From Phoronis australis (Eukaryota > Animalia > Phoronida): a stretch of 64,000 bases of DNA. The notes under the pieces were generated by a model. That model saw nothing but the letters and a program-made list of their open reading frames with translations, was not told the DNA's origin and did no database searches. Where the stretch lies: the NCBI GenBank assembly GCA_002633005.1, contig NMRA01000428.1:118900-182899 (forward strand), written 5' to 3'. A program made the translations under genes and the position numbers. Within the stretch, counting starts at the first letter, position 1. Every line of letters starts with the position of its first letter. Positions 62,411 through 64,000 of this stretch are shown here, one piece after another.

Positions 62411-63071
62411 GCGTAGTATTTAATCTATGGCGTAGCCACACACAGGCATACACAGGTGCGCGCGCAGACACACTCACCTTTAGGCGACCGCTGCCTATAT
62501 TACTATTTACAGCGCTACAAAGCTCATTCAAAAAGTAAATTAACAACATAAAAAATCATGCAATGTTATTTACGTACTGCATGGCAGTGACAATTTTTCT
62601 TTATTGCTCTCGTGACACAATTATTAATTTAAAATTCCAAACAAAATTTCCTTTGTGGCCACGTGCCCGCAAAGTTGTAAGCTGTACCTTACTATAGCTT
62701 AATGGATAATGCGGCATTTGCACTTGTCGCACCACTTCAATGGCAGACGTGTTATTCATCACCCACATTTTCACCGTCCCTCACTAAAGGAAATCTCACG
62801 TTTTATGTTGCAGTGGCGTTGCGAGGGGGGAACAGGGGTAATTGCACCCGGGCGACTTTAGAAAGGCGAAGCCGTTAGATCCCCGAAAAATAAAGATTGA
62901 TATAACTTGGTCGGTGACAAAATGTTAGCGTACGCCCACCTTCGCAAAGACCGGTTTAAACCTGGCGCACTGTCGAACTAACGAGGAGTAAAATTGAGAC
63001 ATGTCTCAGTTCAGTGCAAAAATATCGACACTTTGCTCAATAATTTTCAATTTTGTGTTTGGCACCGTGTT

Positions 63072-63324
63072 CATGGGCGCATCCCGGGGGGCTCAAAGGA
63101 TCCGCCCAATTTGGCGAATTGGGCAAAAAGGTCCGACTCAGCGAAACAAAAAGTCCAAGTAAACGAGACAAAAGTCCACAAGTCCACAAGAATTCTGCGG
63201 GGATGCACAATTAGCAGGCCTGAACCTAGTGGCCGGTTTTTTAGTTTTCGATGATTTTTTCTGTGAAAGGTCCACATACTGAAAAATTCGAGCCCCTCTA
63301 TATTTTAGGCTGGGTGCGCGCATG
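63072..63324. mobile_element. MITE with CATG.GCGCA TIRs and near-perfect 5-bp TSD
   Basis: catgggcgcatcccgg ... gctgggtgcgcgcatg; flanks gtgtt/ttgtt. Confidence 0.65.
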
Positions 63325-64000
63325 TTGTTCACTGCACAATGCCTCCAGGTTACGCACCCCCTTACCGGTCGCTAACAACTTCGTGATGGTCCCCAGTTAA
63401 ATGTCTGTGGCTAAGCCTGTCGACAAGTGTGGCAAATGATCAGCACAATTTGTCCGTATATGACCAAAGATGTTATTTTAGAGTTCACATAATTCCTTCA
63501 AAAAGTGACTCTTGTTCGTCCACTTGCCACGTACTGTACGCCACTTCATCCAGTCGCAGTAACTGGCAATGATGTTTGTGTTCTCAGTATTTTGCTCTTA
63601 GACATAGTGAGGTTTGATTATTTTTCACAAATAATTGTGTAGCGCCACACTAAATTTTAGACCTAGATATAACTCGTAAGTCAGTTTCATCAAAACAGAC
63701 CCCCCAGTAAACGTACATATGTAGGGCTTGTAAAAGTATTATGCGGTATGATTGGTTCAGGATTAAAGGCGAAGGCAATCTTTTTCCATGTCATTTTGAG
63801 CTAAAATAAGGTTGGTTGGTTATCCTAGACATATTTTCCACTTAATTACAGTTTTTCGTAATTTTATAGATTACTCGTCCGCTACTCCGGAAGTGACGTT
63901 TTAGGAGGCAAGCGTTTCCCGCCACTTGGTTTTTCGTTGACTTTACCGTGCGAATCTGCTCTATTCTACTTTTGTTTTGTGCTGTTTTTCAACAATTGTC

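Overview
Eukaryotic, intron-rich, AT-rich animal DNA, most likely an invertebrate. The ORF track misses the real genes because they are spliced. Manual GT-AG exon reconstruction gives three host genes. (1) On the + strand (~8.4-25.1 kb), five phase-0 ankyrin-repeat exons and a capping half-repeat exon splice in frame to a FAM111-like trypsin-fold serine protease with an intact His-Asp-Ser triad; the start codon was not found. (2,3) On the - strand, two tandem four-exon MFS transporter paralogs (MFSD4/sodium-dependent glucose transporter 1-like) with identical exon phases. The rest is mobile and decayed DNA: a hAT transposon with a 5-bp TSD inside the protease gene, related MITEs, a ~7.4 kb Academ-like element, CR1/L2-type and Penelope relics, probable antisense cadherin-repeat relics, minisatellites, local duplications and a 56-N gap. 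The strongest signal is the ankyrin-protease gene. Its recently duplicated ankyrin exons differ only by amino-acid-changing substitutions, mostly at ligand-binding positions, while the flanking introns are nearly identical. This suggests a diversifying intracellular sensor-protease. All calls are by eye, with no database searches.
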